A DNA stretch of 64,000 nt from an uncultured Chloroflexia bacterium (GTDB taxonomy: Bacteria > Chloroflexota > UBA6077 > JACCZL01), in the NCBI GenBank assembly GCA_963765765.1, contig CAVXYC010000010.1:64001-128000 (forward strand). The letters run 5' to 3'. A model generated the notes under the pieces. The model was not told the DNA's origin, made no database searches, and saw only the letters and a list, made by a program, of their open reading frames with translations. The position numbers and the translations under genes are program-made. This document shows, piece by piece, positions 8,977 to 19,631 of this stretch (position 1 is the first letter of the stretch; each line of letters starts with the position of its first letter).

Positions 8977-9093
8977 TCCTTCGCCGATCTACTCCGATTA
9001 AATCAGACTCGCCCCGATGGAGAGATCCTGCCGTCATTGCACCCCGCTAACGCGGTAGATGCCGACGCAGCCTTATTTTTCGCACGGTTAACT

Positions 9094-9639
9094 TTAACCA
9101 TTGGGTCGCCCTCCGTGAGTCGGGATCACGGTCTCGCCCGCGCCGCTCTCCATGTCCCGGGCGATGCTCCACAGGCTCATTCCGACCATGTATGTGTGGA
9201 TCACCGGGTCGGGCGTGATCTTCAGGAAACAGACCCGCGTCTCTCCTTGACGGCGCGCTTGCGCGTATGCGCTGAGGATCCGTCGACCCATCCAGAATCG
9301 TCGGAAGACCCTTCTTCCCTCTGCGTCCGTCCAGCTCAGGATTTCCGCGCGTCCGTGTAGCTGGAGGGTAGCGGGCGGGAGAAACCAGAGCAGCTTGCGC
9401 GTGATCGGAACGACCAGCGCAATCCGGTGATTTCGGGCTATGTTCCGCGCTTTCGCGAGGTGCGACCGTGTCATCACGTATAGTGCGAGCGGCTGGCCCG
9501 GTGGAGTGACGCCGTAGTTCACTCCGGCCGACTGCGGCTGACCAGACTCGCCTACCGTGGACAGGACCGCGAAATTATGGCCACGGAGCTCGCGCAGCAC
9601 CAGCTCGAATGGCACCGCTCGTGAAGTCATTTTCCTCAT
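9094..9639 (-). CDS. Pyridoxamine 5'-phosphate oxidase-like (split-barrel flavin-binding) protein
   Basis: FAVLSTVGESGQPQSAGV...KARNIARNHRIAL. Confidence 0.75.
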   Translation of the reverse strand: MRKMTSRAVPFELVLRELRGHNFAVLSTVGESGQPQSAGVNYGVTPPGQPLALYVMTRSHLAKARNIARNHRIALVVPITRKLLWFLPPATLQLHGRAEILSWTDAEGRRVFRRFWMGRRILSAYAQARRQGETRVCFLKITPDPVIHTYMVGMSLWSIARDMESGAGETVIPTHGGRPNG

Positions 9640-9683
9640 TCTGCGGACCCCACGGGACTCAGGGACAGCCGCGGCATAGCCAG

Positions 9684-10053
9684 CTATTCAATATCGCGGA
9701 GCATCCGCTCAAAGGTGGGCTGGTCGATCTCCCCGCGCGTACCGTCGCTTCAATATCTCGCGAGGTGATTCGGTCGCCACGCCGCCACTGCGCGGGAGCG
9801 CCGCCGCCAGCACGAACAAGAGGACGATCCGAATCATGACTCCCCAGAACGCCACCATCACCAGCCAGCCGAAGCCCATACCCAGGCCCCACATCCAGCC
9901 CGGTGTCACGGGCGCCCTGGGCTCCCCTCCCACATCCCTCCGGGTCCCATCATGATGCCGGGGCCCATCATAGCCCCCATCATCATCGGTCCAATCAAGA
10001 GCAGCACGCATAAGAGGATCAGCAATCAACGGGAAGCGATGATCAGCAGCCAT
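9684..10053 (-). pseudogene. Met/Gly-rich membrane protein with C-terminal SHOCT domain, frameshifted
   Basis: GPMMMGAMMGPGIMMGPGGM, WMWGLGMGFGWL, ESPREILKRRYARGEIDQPTFERMLRDIE* across frames. Confidence 0.7.
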
Positions 10054-10058
10054 ACTCC

Positions 10059-10346
10059 TCAGTGGACCTTACGCGCCAGTGGCCCCGTGCCGCCACCCAC
10101 AGCGTTGAAGGCACGAGTAACAGACCTTGTAATCTCAGAGGGGGACACTGATCGTGACCTGGCCCGCCTAGCTGTCCTCGTCTCAACGCCTAGCTCGCCT
10201 GCCCCAGTAACCGACCAGCCCCAAAGTAGAGAAATCATGGCCAAGAGGCTGATAAGTGCCACGAGTCCGATGGCCGAGAGTACATGCCAGATACCTTTGC
10301 GCTTGAGCGCCCTGTCATAGACCAATCATGCGTCTTGATGGATCAT
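10059..10346 (-). CDS. Hypothetical single-TM protein; SD+ATG at 10346 with in-frame TGA at codon 7
   Basis: AAGGAGGGTG SD, ATG ATC CAT CAA GAC GCA TGA TTG GTC...; hydrophobic VLSAIGLVALISLLAMISLLWGW. Confidence 0.35.
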
Positions 10347-10497
10347 CGCATCACCCTCCTTAGGGTGGGAATCAGGTAGGGCGGGCGGGCTTAAAGGGAG
10401 GATCATGAACCTCACCGTCAGACTCGCGGAGACTTGAGTCCAGTGCGATTTAGAGAGACGGCGGCAATCCGCAGACGGCCATCGCCCGGTGCATTGC

Positions 10498-12817
10498 TCA
10501 GCTTCCTGACGCCGCGGACTCGGGGAGCTCCCGCCGCAGTAGGAGTGCGTTGCTCACCACCGTGATGCTGGAAGCGGACATCGCCAACGCGCCAAACTCG
10601 GGCCTGAGCATAAATCCGAACGACGGGTAAAGCGCTCCGGCCGCGACCGGGATGGCGATCACGTTGTAGATCGCTGCCCAGAAGAGGTTCTGCTTCATCT
10701 TGCGTACCGTGGCCTTGGAGAGCTGGATCGCCTGGAGGACATCGGCCGGATCGCTTTTCATCAGGATGATGTCGCCGGTCTCGACAGCCACATCCGTGCC
10801 AGCGCCGATGGCGATGCCCAGGTCGGCCTGGGCCAGCGCAGGCGCGTCATTTACTCCGTCGCCCACCATTGCCACGAATTTCCCTTCGGCTTGCAGCGCC
10901 TTCACGCCTTCGGCCTTGTCCTGGGGTAGCACCTCGGCGAACACTCGCTCGATGCCGACCTGGCGAGCAATCACGTCCGCGGTGGCGCGATTATCCCCGG
11001 TCATCATGACCGGCTGGATGCCCAGCTCCTTGAGCTCCGCGATGGCTTGCGCGGCATTCGGGCGAACGGTGTCAGCGGCGGCGGCAATACCGGCCACCCG
11101 CCCATCCACGGCCACCAGCATCAGCGTCTTGCCCTCTCTCAGAAGGCGCTCAATGTCGCCGGCCAGGATATCGAGGTGGACTCCGCGCTCTTCCATGAGC
11201 CGACGCGTGCCAACCAGCACATCGCGGTCGCCGACACGCGCGCGCACCCCTCGACCGGCGAGGTTCTCGAACTCTTCGATCGCGAGGTCGTTGGCGAGCC
11301 CACGGCGTTCCAGCTCGTCCAGCACGGCGTCAGCGAGCGGGTGCCCGCTGCGCGCCTCGGCCGCGCCTGTCAGTCGGAGAATCTCATCCTCGGATTGATC
11401 ATTGACTGCCAGCACGTCGGTGACCCTGGGCTTGCCCTCCGTGAGGGTTCCCGTCTTGTCAAAGATGATGGCCTGGATGCGGGAGGCAAGCTCCAGGGAG
11501 ACGGCCTGCTTGAAGAGGATGCCGCGGCGGGCGGCCATGTCTGTGGCCACCATGACCGCGGTCGGCGTGGCCAGTCCCAGCGCGTCCGGACAGGCGATCA
11601 CCACGGCGGTCACGGCAAACGTGAGCGCCACCAGCAGCGGCGCCCTGGCTACCAGGAGCCAGACCAGCAGTGTGAGCAGTCCGGATCCAACCGCCACGAT
11701 GACCAGGTAGTGCGCCGCCCGGTCGGCCAGCCGCTGAGCCGGCGCTTTGCTGTTCTGGGCCGTCTCGACGAGACGGACGATCTGTGCCAGGGCGGTGTCC
11801 GAGCCGACCTTGGTCGCACGGAATCGCAGCGACCCGGATTGATTGATGGTGCCAGCGATCACCTCATCAGCGGGATCCTTCTCTACCGGTATGCTCTTCG
11901 CCGGTCACCATGCTCTCGTCAATGGTGCTGTGACCGTCCATCACGGAGCCATCCACCGGAACCTTGTCGCCCGGCTTCAGAATGACCGTGTCGCCCACCA
12001 CGACCTCGGCAAGCGGCACCTCATGGCCACTCCGTCGCGATCCACCGTGGCTTGTTGCGGCGTGAGGTCCAGAAGCTTGCGGACCGAGTCCGACGACCCG
12101 CGCCGCGCCTTCATCTCCATCCAGTGGCCAAAGAGGAGGAACACCGCCAGCATGACGGCGGCCTCGTAGAACGTCTCCTGGCCGGGGGCGAGAAACGTCA
12201 AGCCCACACTGAACAGATACGAGACCAGGATGCCCAGGCTCACCAGGACGCTCATATTCAAGACGCCAGAGCGGAGCGACTGGTACGCGCCGATGTGAAA
12301 GACACTGCTGGTCCAGAGTGCTACGGGCGTGGAGAACGCCAGCAAGATCCACTCATGCGGGAATACCGAAGGGCGTGGGGAGCATGCGGCCGGAAAGCAT
12401 CATGGCCATCGGCGAATAGAGCACTACGGGGATCCCGAGGACCAGGCTGATCCAGAAGCGGCGCCGCATGTCGGCTTCCATCGCCGCGGCCATCCCCGGA
12501 TCCGACATATCGTGCGCGCCGTGGGCCATGCCACCGTGGTCCACGTGAGCGTGCTCATGCGTCGAGACTTCCGGGCCGGGGAGCGGTACCGGATTCCGCT
12601 CCCCGTAGGCCTGCGCGATCAGCTCGGCAAGGTCTTCAACTCGCACGCTGCCGTCATCGACGTCCACGTGTGCCTGATGATTCTTCGCGTCGATATGGAT
12701 CTGCTGCACGTGCGGGTTGGCGCGCAGGCGCGCCTCCACAATCTCCCGACAGCCGTCGCAAGCGATTGGGCCGGTGGGTACGGTGAGCGTGGTTCGGGAG
12801 TGATCGTGGTGGCTCAT
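10498..12817 (-). CDS. copA: Heavy-metal (copper) P1B-type ATPase, broken by frameshifts (~11870, ~12020, ~12350)
   Basis: N-terminal CDGC and His/Met-rich segment, [45 protein letters not shown]. Confidence 0.9.
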
Positions 12818-12918
12818 CGTGTTCTCCGCGATCGGGCGCCGCGCGGGCACACGCGTCCGATCTGCACTAGTCCCGTGGGAGCTCCCGAGTGTGCGGGCGT
12901 CTCATGGGGAAGACTGCG

Positions 12919-13083
12919 TCACATCGACGGTTTGTGGCTCGGATCGAGGTAATTCTTCGGGTCGGCCTCGAACGCTTTCTTGCAACCGGGGGCGCAGAAG
13001 TAAAACGTCGTCCTCTGGTACTCCGCGGTGTGCCGAGCCGTCTGGGGGTCCACCTCCATGCCGCACACGGGGTCTTTTGCCAT
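12919..13083 (-). CDS. YHS-domain protein
   Basis: MAKDPVCGMEVD...TFYFCAPGCKKAFEADP..Y; GAGGAG SD. Confidence 0.9.
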   Translation of the reverse strand: MAKDPVCGMEVDPQTARHTAEYQRTTFYFCAPGCKKAFEADPKNYLDPSHKPSM

Positions 13084-13179
13084 CGTCGTCTCCTCTCTTA
13101 CACGAGGTCTGTTACCTGGCGAATGTATCCAGCCAAGGGGATGGGTAGTCACGTGACTACCTATCCGTTTGCTTGTGAA

Positions 13180-13917
13180 TCAGAGGCCGTACCAGCTCGA
13201 GAGCCAGGTGTTCATGGTGGTGATTTCACCTGACTGGCTCTGGATGATCCCCTGGGCGAGATCCTTGAGATCCTGGTGGGCAGCTCGATCGGGCACCAGG
13301 TTGGCCATCTCCACGGCGCCCTGATGGTGGGGGATCATCATGCTGAGGAACACCGCTTCCAGCCGGGCAGGTGGAAGCTTCCACAAGTCCGCCATCATGG
13401 ACATCTCGCCCATCATCCCCGCGGGCATGCCCTGGGACGACGGCATCATGCCGCCTGGTATCCCCTGACCACCGGGCATCATGCCGCCGGGCATACTGTG
13501 GCCGCTATGGTCCATCCCACCCGGCATCGCGCCGGAACCGGGCATCTGTCCACCGGGTTGCATCATTGCGTCCATCATCGCCACGTGATCGGGAATCTCC
13601 AGCCCGTACCAATCACCAGCCCAGCCGCGCATCTGGGCGATCTCACGTGTCTGATCATCGATGATCGTTGTAGCAAGCTGCTTGAGCTCCGGGTGGGTCG
13701 CATTGCTCGCGACCGGTCGCGCCATCATGACGGCCATGGCGTGGTGCATGCTCATCTGACTAAGGAAGGCTTTATCAAATTCGTCGCCGGAGAGCTGGTC
13801 CAGCGGCTGGGCCATAGTTCCCACCTGCGCCATGGCAGGCATGCCTGTGACCCGAGCCGCTAACAACGCCACGATGGCGACCAGCGGTATGGCAAATACA
13901 ATCAAACGGTAGAACAT
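13180..13917 (-). CDS. DUF305 (CopM-like) secreted copper-binding protein
   Basis: Two repeats, FLSQMSMHHAMAV and FLSMMIPHHQGAVEMA, joined by a Met-rich linker; N-terminal signal. Confidence 0.85.
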   Translation of the reverse strand: MFYRLIVFAIPLVAIVALLAARVTGMPAMAQVGTMAQPLDQLSGDEFDKAFLSQMSMHHAMAVMMARPVASNATHPELKQLATTIIDDQTREIAQMRGWAGDWYGLEIPDHVAMMDAMMQPGGQMPGSGAMPGGMDHSGHSMPGGMMPGGQGIPGGMMPSSQGMPAGMMGEMSMMADLWKLPPARLEAVFLSMMIPHHQGAVEMANLVPDRAAHQDLKDLAQGIIQSQSGEITTMNTWLSSWYGL

Positions 13918-13982
13918 GAGTCATTTCTCCTTGTGAATGTTCGTTAGTTGTGGACATAGCGCGGCCGTGCAGCCGCGCCGCT

Positions 13983-14393
13983 CTACAACCGGAACACTTG
14001 AAGGAGCGCTTGCCCATCCGCCCTGGGCGGTGGATCGGGGAACCATGCTGGGCAGATCGACGGAAGCGGGGGGCTTAATTGGCGCCGCTCCTCGTAAGGA
14101 AGCATGGCAACCGTCGCGTGAAGTTCGGAGTGGGCAATGGGTAGCGTGGCTTCGAGCCCGCAAGCGTCCCATTTCGGCGACGTGGGAGCATCTGGGAGCG
14201 GTGAGGTACACGTATCGCAATGTTGAGGCACGGCTGGCTGGTGACCGGCCGCGTGGTGATTCGGCTCACTGGCAGCCATTGCCCCAGCGTGGAGCGGAGA
14301 GGCCATCACCGCGAAGTGGGCCAGCAACGCGAGCAGCAACGCGACCGCGAAATATGTACTCCCGCGATGCAGCCGAGAAAAGATCACCATCAT
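13983..14393 (-). CDS. Hypothetical His/Cys protein (DUF2946-like) heading the Cu cluster
   Basis: TM helix, HHAAGH, HCDTC, C-terminal PPPR...ALLQVFRL. Confidence 0.55.
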   Translation of the reverse strand: MMVIFSRLHRGSTYFAVALLLALLAHFAVMASPLHAGAMAASEPNHHAAGHQPAVPQHCDTCTSPLPDAPTSPKWDACGLEATLPIAHSELHATVAMLPYEERRQLSPPLPSICPAWFPDPPPRADGQALLQVFRL

Positions 14394-14644
14394 GTCCGTC
14401 TCTCTACAGTGTACTGACAGGCGTGTATCCGCGCGGCACGGTGACTCTCGCGGCCTCGTGGCTATTAGGGAGGCGTCCGGGCAGCGTACGCTTTATCGCG
14501 CAGTCTCATACATCGGATCGCCGAAGTTTTGAGCCTTCGAGGTGCCCCAGGCACATCTCTTACAAAACCGGGTTTAGAGGCAGTCTCGAACAAAGATAAT
14601 CGGAGAGTGCGGTTCCTGTATGACGGTATGGGAACCAGCGGAAA

Positions 14645-15223
14645 TCAGCGCGGTGGGTGCAATCCAGCCACCACGACCGTGACGAGCCGGTGAACCGCGG
14701 CTAGAGATCGAAGGCTCCTGGCTGCTGCGAGGGCGTGCAGGCAGTAGCTCGCAAGCTCGTCAGGCGAAACATCCCTCCGGATGTCACCGGTGTTGGCAGC
14801 CTCGGTCAGCAGGTCTCGAACCATGTCGCGAAGCTGCTGCTGCGCTCGACCGAGCTGCTCGTCTCGATGTAGGAACGCCGTCAACTCTGTGTTGTGGTGC
14901 CCGTGGGATTGGTACACGATGAGAGCGTAGGCCTCGAGCACGGCTTCGAGCCGCTTGCTCGAGGCCCCAGTTTGGTCTCGGATTTCGGTCAGTTGTTCAA
15001 GGTGGCGAGTGATGGCGCGTTCGTGCCAGGTGAGCAGAATCGTTTCGACATCCGGGAAGTACTTATAGAGCGTCGCCCGTCCGATTCCCGTGGTTTCGGC
15101 GATTTGTGACATCGTCACCGACGCCAGCCCGTGCTCGGTCACCAGCGCCGCCGTGGTATCCAGAATCGCCTCGCGCACAGTTCGGCGGTGCATCTCGATG
15201 GTCTCGTTCCAGAGCTTCGGCAC
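14645..15223 (-). CDS. TetR/AcrR-family regulator
   Basis: VTMSQIAETTGIGRATLYKYFPD HTH. Confidence 0.92.
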   Translation of the reverse strand: MPKLWNETIEMHRRTVREAILDTTAALVTEHGLASVTMSQIAETTGIGRATLYKYFPDVETILLTWHERAITRHLEQLTEIRDQTGASSKRLEAVLEAYALIVYQSHGHHNTELTAFLHRDEQLGRAQQQLRDMVRDLLTEAANTGDIRRDVSPDELASYCLHALAAARSLRSLAAVHRLVTVVVAGLHPPR

Positions 15224-15263
15224 CAGTCGAGTATACGGGATGACCGGTTAACGACATCCCGAC

Positions 15264-15282
15264 TTGACAGTGACATACTGTC
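15264..15282. promoter_or_regulatory. TTGACA -35 overlapped by palindrome GACAGT-N5-ACTGTC (likely TetR operator)
   Basis: ttGACAGTgacatACTGTC in the divergent intergenic region. Confidence 0.55.
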
Positions 15283-15316
15283 TCGATCAAGATCACTTTG
15301 ACACCTGCACGCAAGG

Positions 15317-15595
15317 ATGGCGACTTCCATGGCTGAGCGTCACAATATTCCCGACCGCAGCGACGCCGCCGGCGTTGGGCCGGGCCGCGCGTCGAGCCCC
15401 GCCTATCCCGGCACACCCCTCTGGGTGAAACTGTCCGGGATCCTCGCCCTCGTCCTGATCCTGCTGGTCGTCATCATGATGGCCACCGGCATATTGGTTG
15501 CTGCTGACCACGGATCTGGTCGCCACCTCCCCCCCGGTGGCACCCGTGACTCAGCACCGCCCACGGCGCACGAGGTGCAACAGGCATCATTCTGA
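15317..15595 (+). CDS. Small single-TM hypothetical protein
   Basis: YPGTPLWVKLSGILALVLILLVVIMM...HGSGRH. Confidence 0.7.
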   Translation: MATSMAERHNIPDRSDAAGVGPGRASSPAYPGTPLWVKLSGILALVLILLVVIMMATGILVAADHGSGRHLPPGGTRDSAPPTAHEVQQASF

Positions 15596-16104
15596 CACCC
15601 GGCGTCCGGAAGCTCCTACTCACCGTCCATCTCACGTTTTCGGTTGGCTGGATTGGCGCGGTCGCTGCTTACCTGGCGCTCGGCCTCGCCGCCGTAATCA
15701 GCCGCGATGCTCAGACGGTGCGTGCCGCCTGGATCGCCATGGAGTTAACTGGTTGGTTCGTGATCATCCCGTTGGCCCTGGCCGCTCTCCTGACCGGGCT
15801 GATCATGTCGCTTGGCACGCAGTGGGGGTTGTTCCGGCACTACTGGGTCCTAATCACACTTGGGCTGACCATTTTTTCCGTTACCGTCTTGCTGGTGCAC
15901 ATGCCGACTGTCAGTGCCGCGGCAAACGTGGCTCGAACGACTGACAGTACCAATCTCGGTGCGCTCGGGGGTGATCTCTTCCACGCGGGTGGCGGCCTGC
16001 TAGTGCTGCTCCTAATCACCGTGCTCAACGTCTACAAGCCGCATGGTCTAACCCCATACGGGTGGCGTAGACAACACGATCAGCGGTCGAAGCTCGTGCA
16101 ATAG
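15592..16104 (+). CDS. DUF2269-like membrane protein; probable CTG start
   Basis: Frame open from 15550: TPGVRKLLLTVHLTFSVGWIGAV...WGLFRHYWV...LNVYKPHGLTPYGWR. Confidence 0.75.
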   Translation: MTPGVRKLLLTVHLTFSVGWIGAVAAYLALGLAAVISRDAQTVRAAWIAMELTGWFVIIPLALAALLTGLIMSLGTQWGLFRHYWVLITLGLTIFSVTVLLVHMPTVSAAANVARTTDSTNLGALGGDLFHAGGGLLVLLLITVLNVYKPHGLTPYGWRRQHDQRSKLVQ

Positions 16105-16149
16105 ACCCTGCGGGCACTGTTCCGTTTAGCGGAAGTCGTCGGATTTCCT

Positions 16150-16771
16150 CTACCCGCTCTCGCCTCGTCTTTTAGGAAAAGCTCGAGCCTGCCCGAACCT
16201 GCGCTGGACTGTTGAGAATAAGGCAGCGCATGGCCAGGTAGGCCCGTTGAGGCTGTGCCAGAGGAAATGCGTCGCGATGGGAAAGGCGGAGCAAACCTGG
16301 AGGTCCATCGTGCGGAAGACGAGCGCAAGAAAGTACACACCAGCGGCCGAGAGCAGCAAGTACCGACCGGCCGTCCGCTCCCGCATGTGGTAGACCCGAG
16401 CGCCAATAGGAAGATGAGCGCTGGTGTGTAATAGAACGCCCCGTGCAGAACACCGTCTAGTTGCTGGGCCGACGTCGAGATGACCGGAATGCGACCATCG
16501 ACGCGACCGCCCAGGGCGTCGGTACGCGGGCCACGTCCCGCAGGTAGAGTCAGAAGACACCGACCAGGAAGATCATGATCGGGATGATGTCCAGGGTCAG
16601 CGTCCGCCCATTGGGGACGGTGTGCAGAGTGCGCTCCCGATGCCCACGGACGCGGCCAGCAGTACCAGTACGCGTATGCCGGCCGATACGTGGCCCGTGC
16701 GTGTCGCCAGGAGCCAGGCCGCCCATGGGGCGATCAGGAATGACGCGTTCGCAATACGCATCCATGGGCAA
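16150..16771 (-). pseudogene. Ceramidase-domain membrane protein, multiply frameshifted
   Basis: MDAYCER..., VGIGSAL, LDIIPIMIF, LVFRTMDLQVCSAFPIATHFLWHSLNG fragments in different frames. Confidence 0.7.
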
Positions 16772-17061
16772 TTCCTCCCGCTGAGCTGGAGTGGATCGAC
16801 TCGTCTCGACCCGCCCACTCCGAGAGATGCATATTTGCGCCTAGGTTACACCCGCCGGAAAAGGGAAGAGAAGCGCGCACCCCAACACAATCACGACTCT
16901 AGTGAGGTGGAGCGCCGAACGTACGTGTTGTTGACGCCTTTGATTCGCGCAAGCGCTGAGCCGCTGAGGATAGCCACGCCCACGTACCGTCGGCCTTGTG
17001 CGAAAAGTTACTCGTGGGCTACCTGCGACCGACCGAAGACTCGGTCTGTCTGCGGATTGAC

Positions 17062-19485
17062 CTAGCGATTGTTGTTGCGCTGAGACGTTGGCTGCGCGGC
17101 GGGTTTTGACGCAGGTGTCGGCTGGCGAGGAGCCTGGGTTGGCGCAGCCCTCGCCTCGGTAGGCCTTGGCGTTGGCTGGTTATTCGGCCGTGCGCTCGTC
17201 GTCGGATTCGACTGAACCTGATTCTGAGGCGGCTGATTTCCCTGTGCCGGACCGGCTTGCGTTGGGACGGCGCCGTTTGTCGTCGTTGTTGGACGGGGAG
17301 CCTCTGGAGCGGGCTGAGCCGTTGCCCGTGGCTGCACGGTTGTCTGTGGCTGTGGCTGCACGTTTGTCCGTGGCTGCACGTTTGTCTGTGGTGGCGGCGC
17401 GGCGCCAGGCAGGTAGACGCGATTCTGTTTTGGCGCCCGCTCATACGGGAATACGTCCTGATAGCACTGAGAGACACCTGGCCGCATCTGTGCGTCGCCG
17501 CAGACCTCGGTGGTGATCAGCCCATCGGGGCGCTGGAAGTCCTCTGGTGGAAGCTGGAGAAGTTCAGCCGATGCATCCAGAGATTCGCGCCACACCTTAC
17601 CAGCGCTCATGGAGCTTAGCACTTCCTTCATTGGATGGCCGTCACTGTTGCCAACCCAGGCGATTACTGCGAGGTTCGGCGTATAACCCGCCGTCCAGGT
17701 ATCCCGGAAGTTGTCCGTCGTCCCCGTCTTGACGGCCGCGGGCCTCGTTGTCTTCAGCATACTGTTGGGACCGTATGTGACCAGACGCGCGTCGTTGTCA
17801 CGCAGAATGTCCGTCACCATGAAGGCCGCTCGGGGATCAACGACTTGCTCGCCCTGGGGAACGCGGTAGTCCTCGATGACGTTTCCGTCCGCATCGATAA
17901 GTTTTGAGATACCAACGAGCGGGATGTAGCGGCCGTTGTTGGCCAGCGTTGAGTAGACACCCGCAAGCTCCAAGGGACGAACCTCGGCGCCGCCTAGTGT
18001 CAGGCTAAGGCCCAGACGCGCGCGATCGTTCCAGGTAGTGATCCCGATCTTCTTGGCGAGCTCCAGGACCCCGTCCAGCCCCACGTGCTCGAGGACCTTC
18101 ACGGCTGGGATGTTGAGTGAGTTACCGAGCGCCGAGCGCAGCGTCACCGATCCGTAGAACCGCCTGTCGAAGTTCAGCGGCCTCCACGAGCGACCCAGAT
18201 CGTCGACGAGATTGATGGGCTCGTCTTTGACCTGGGTGGAGGGCAAGTAATCACGCGCGAACGATGCCATGTAGACGAGGGGCTTGATTGACGATCCGGG
18301 CTGTCGTTCGGAAACGGTCACGTTGACTTGACCGTCGATCTCGTCATTGTTGTAATCGACACTCCCCACCATGGCGAGGACTTCACCCGTTTTGGGGTTC
18401 ACGGCGACGATGGATGTGTTGTTGGCATCGCGCTGGGCAAGCATATCGGCGTTGGATTGGGCCACTTCCTGGAGTCGGTTCTGGAGATCAAGATCGAGGG
18501 TGGTTATGATCTTGAGGCCGCCATACGAGAGGAACTTTGGACCGTACTTTTGCTCGACCTGATCGCGGATGTACATGACCCAGTGCGGAGCCAGAAAGTC
18601 GCGCTTGATCTGTTTGTAGACGAGACGCTCTTGCCTCGCCTGTTCGGATTCGGCCTCAGTGATGAAGCCGTTTCGTTCCATTTGATCGAGCACATAGATC
18701 TGGCGCTCTTTGGCGGCGACTGGATTCCGGTACGGATCGTACCCAGCGGGTGCCTGAGCCAGGCCCGCGATAAGCGCACTCTCGGCGAGTGTCAGGTCCC
18801 GAGCGGATTTCGCAAAATACGTCTCCGCGGCGGCTTCCACCCCATAAGCCATATTTCCGTAGTAGATCTCATTGAGATACATCTGAAGGATTTGGCTCTT
18901 GGTCAGTTTCTGGGTGAGCTGATACGCCAGCAGTGCTTCTTTGACCTTGCGCGACATGCTGCGATCGAACCGCTCTTCGGTCGTCATGAACACGTGACGG
19001 ACAAGCTGCTGAGTGATAGTACTGGCGCCAGAGACTAGCTCCTGCTCAGAGAAGTTCTGCCAGACCGCGCGAGCGATGCCCTTAGGGTCGATGCCGGGGT
19101 TGGTGTAGAAGTTGGCGTCCTCGGCAGCGAGGCTGGCGTCGATCAGCCACTGAGAGATCTCGGAGAGCGGTACAACCGTTCGTCGTCCGCCTTCTGAGTC
19201 ATAGAACTCCCAGAGAAGTTTGCCCTTACGATCATAGATCTGAGCGGTCTTGAATGTCTGCCGATTGTCGATCGTGGAGAGCGCTGGCAGATCCTGGTTC
19301 AGCGTGGCGTATCCGGCTGCCGCGGCCGAGATGGCGCCAAAGATACTGAAAATGACCCCGGACAGGGCAACAATGACACCGACACTGGTGAAGAGAAGCA
19401 GCCATTTCCAGCCGCGGTTGCTGGGCTTTCGCTTCTTCCGCGTTGCTCTTATGCCGTGCCCGTTCGAGCGCATGCGCGTTGCCAT
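17062..19485 (-). CDS. Class A penicillin-binding protein (PBP1A family)
   Basis: AAEDANFY, GASTITQQL, RKVKE, RQPGSSIKP, SLN, KTGT; Pro/Gln/Thr-rich tail. Confidence 0.95.
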   Translation of the reverse strand: MATRMRSNGHGIRATRKKRKPSNRGWKWLLLFTSVGVIVALSGVIFSIFGAISAAAAGYATLNQDLPALSTIDNRQTFKTAQIYDRKGKLLWEFYDSEGGRRTVVPLSEISQWLIDASLAAEDANFYTNPGIDPKGIARAVWQNFSEQELVSGASTITQQLVRHVFMTTEERFDRSMSRKVKEALLAYQLTQKLTKSQILQMYLNEIYYGNMAYGVEAAAETYFAKSARDLTLAESALIAGLAQAPAGYDPYRNPVAAKERQIYVLDQMERNGFITEAESEQARQERLVYKQIKRDFLAPHWVMYIRDQVEQKYGPKFLSYGGLKIITTLDLDLQNRLQEVAQSNADMLAQRDANNTSIVAVNPKTGEVLAMVGSVDYNNDEIDGQVNVTVSERQPGSSIKPLVYMASFARDYLPSTQVKDEPINLVDDLGRSWRPLNFDRRFYGSVTLRSALGNSLNIPAVKVLEHVGLDGVLELAKKIGITTWNDRARLGLSLTLGGAEVRPLELAGVYSTLANNGRYIPLVGISKLIDADGNVIEDYRVPQGEQVVDPRAAFMVTDILRDNDARLVTYGPNSMLKTTRPAAVKTGTTDNFRDTWTAGYTPNLAVIAWVGNSDGHPMKEVLSSMSAGKVWRESLDASAELLQLPPEDFQRPDGLITTEVCGDAQMRPGVSQCYQDVFPYERAPKQNRVYLPGAAPPPQTNVQPRTNVQPQPQTTVQPRATAQPAPEAPRPTTTTNGAVPTQAGPAQGNQPPQNQVQSNPTTSARPNNQPTPRPTEARAAPTQAPRQPTPASKPAAQPTSQRNNNR

Positions 19486-19631
19486 TAAATGATCACTAGT
19501 CCCCGCGGGGCCTTTTAGTAAGCAAGAACGCGGCCGGCCCCCCAGATGTTAGCACGATGGTGTGCGGTCCCTGCCCAATTCGGTCACTGTCGTGACAGCA
19601 CTGTGATGGTTCGGCCAGCACTTGTGCGGCC

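Noticed and set aside
10700-11985. Long plus-strand ORFs (232 and 312 aa) opposite copA, and similar antisense ORFs throughout
   Set aside because: These are shadow ORFs expected from high-GC codon bias opposite real genes.
13420-13580. Repeated ggcatcatg motifs in DUF305
   Set aside because: They encode the GGMMPG Met-rich linker and are explained by protein composition.
16800-17060. tRNA or att site at the accessory/core boundary
   Set aside because: No cloverleaf or TTCGA/CCA pattern, no direct-repeat partner and no integrase in the window; only a small hairpin after the PBP1A stop.
17062-17400. Short repeats in the PBP1A 3' end (TNVQP-like units) as a CRISPR-like array
   Set aside because: These are in-frame low-complexity protein repeats with no unique spacers and no cas genes.
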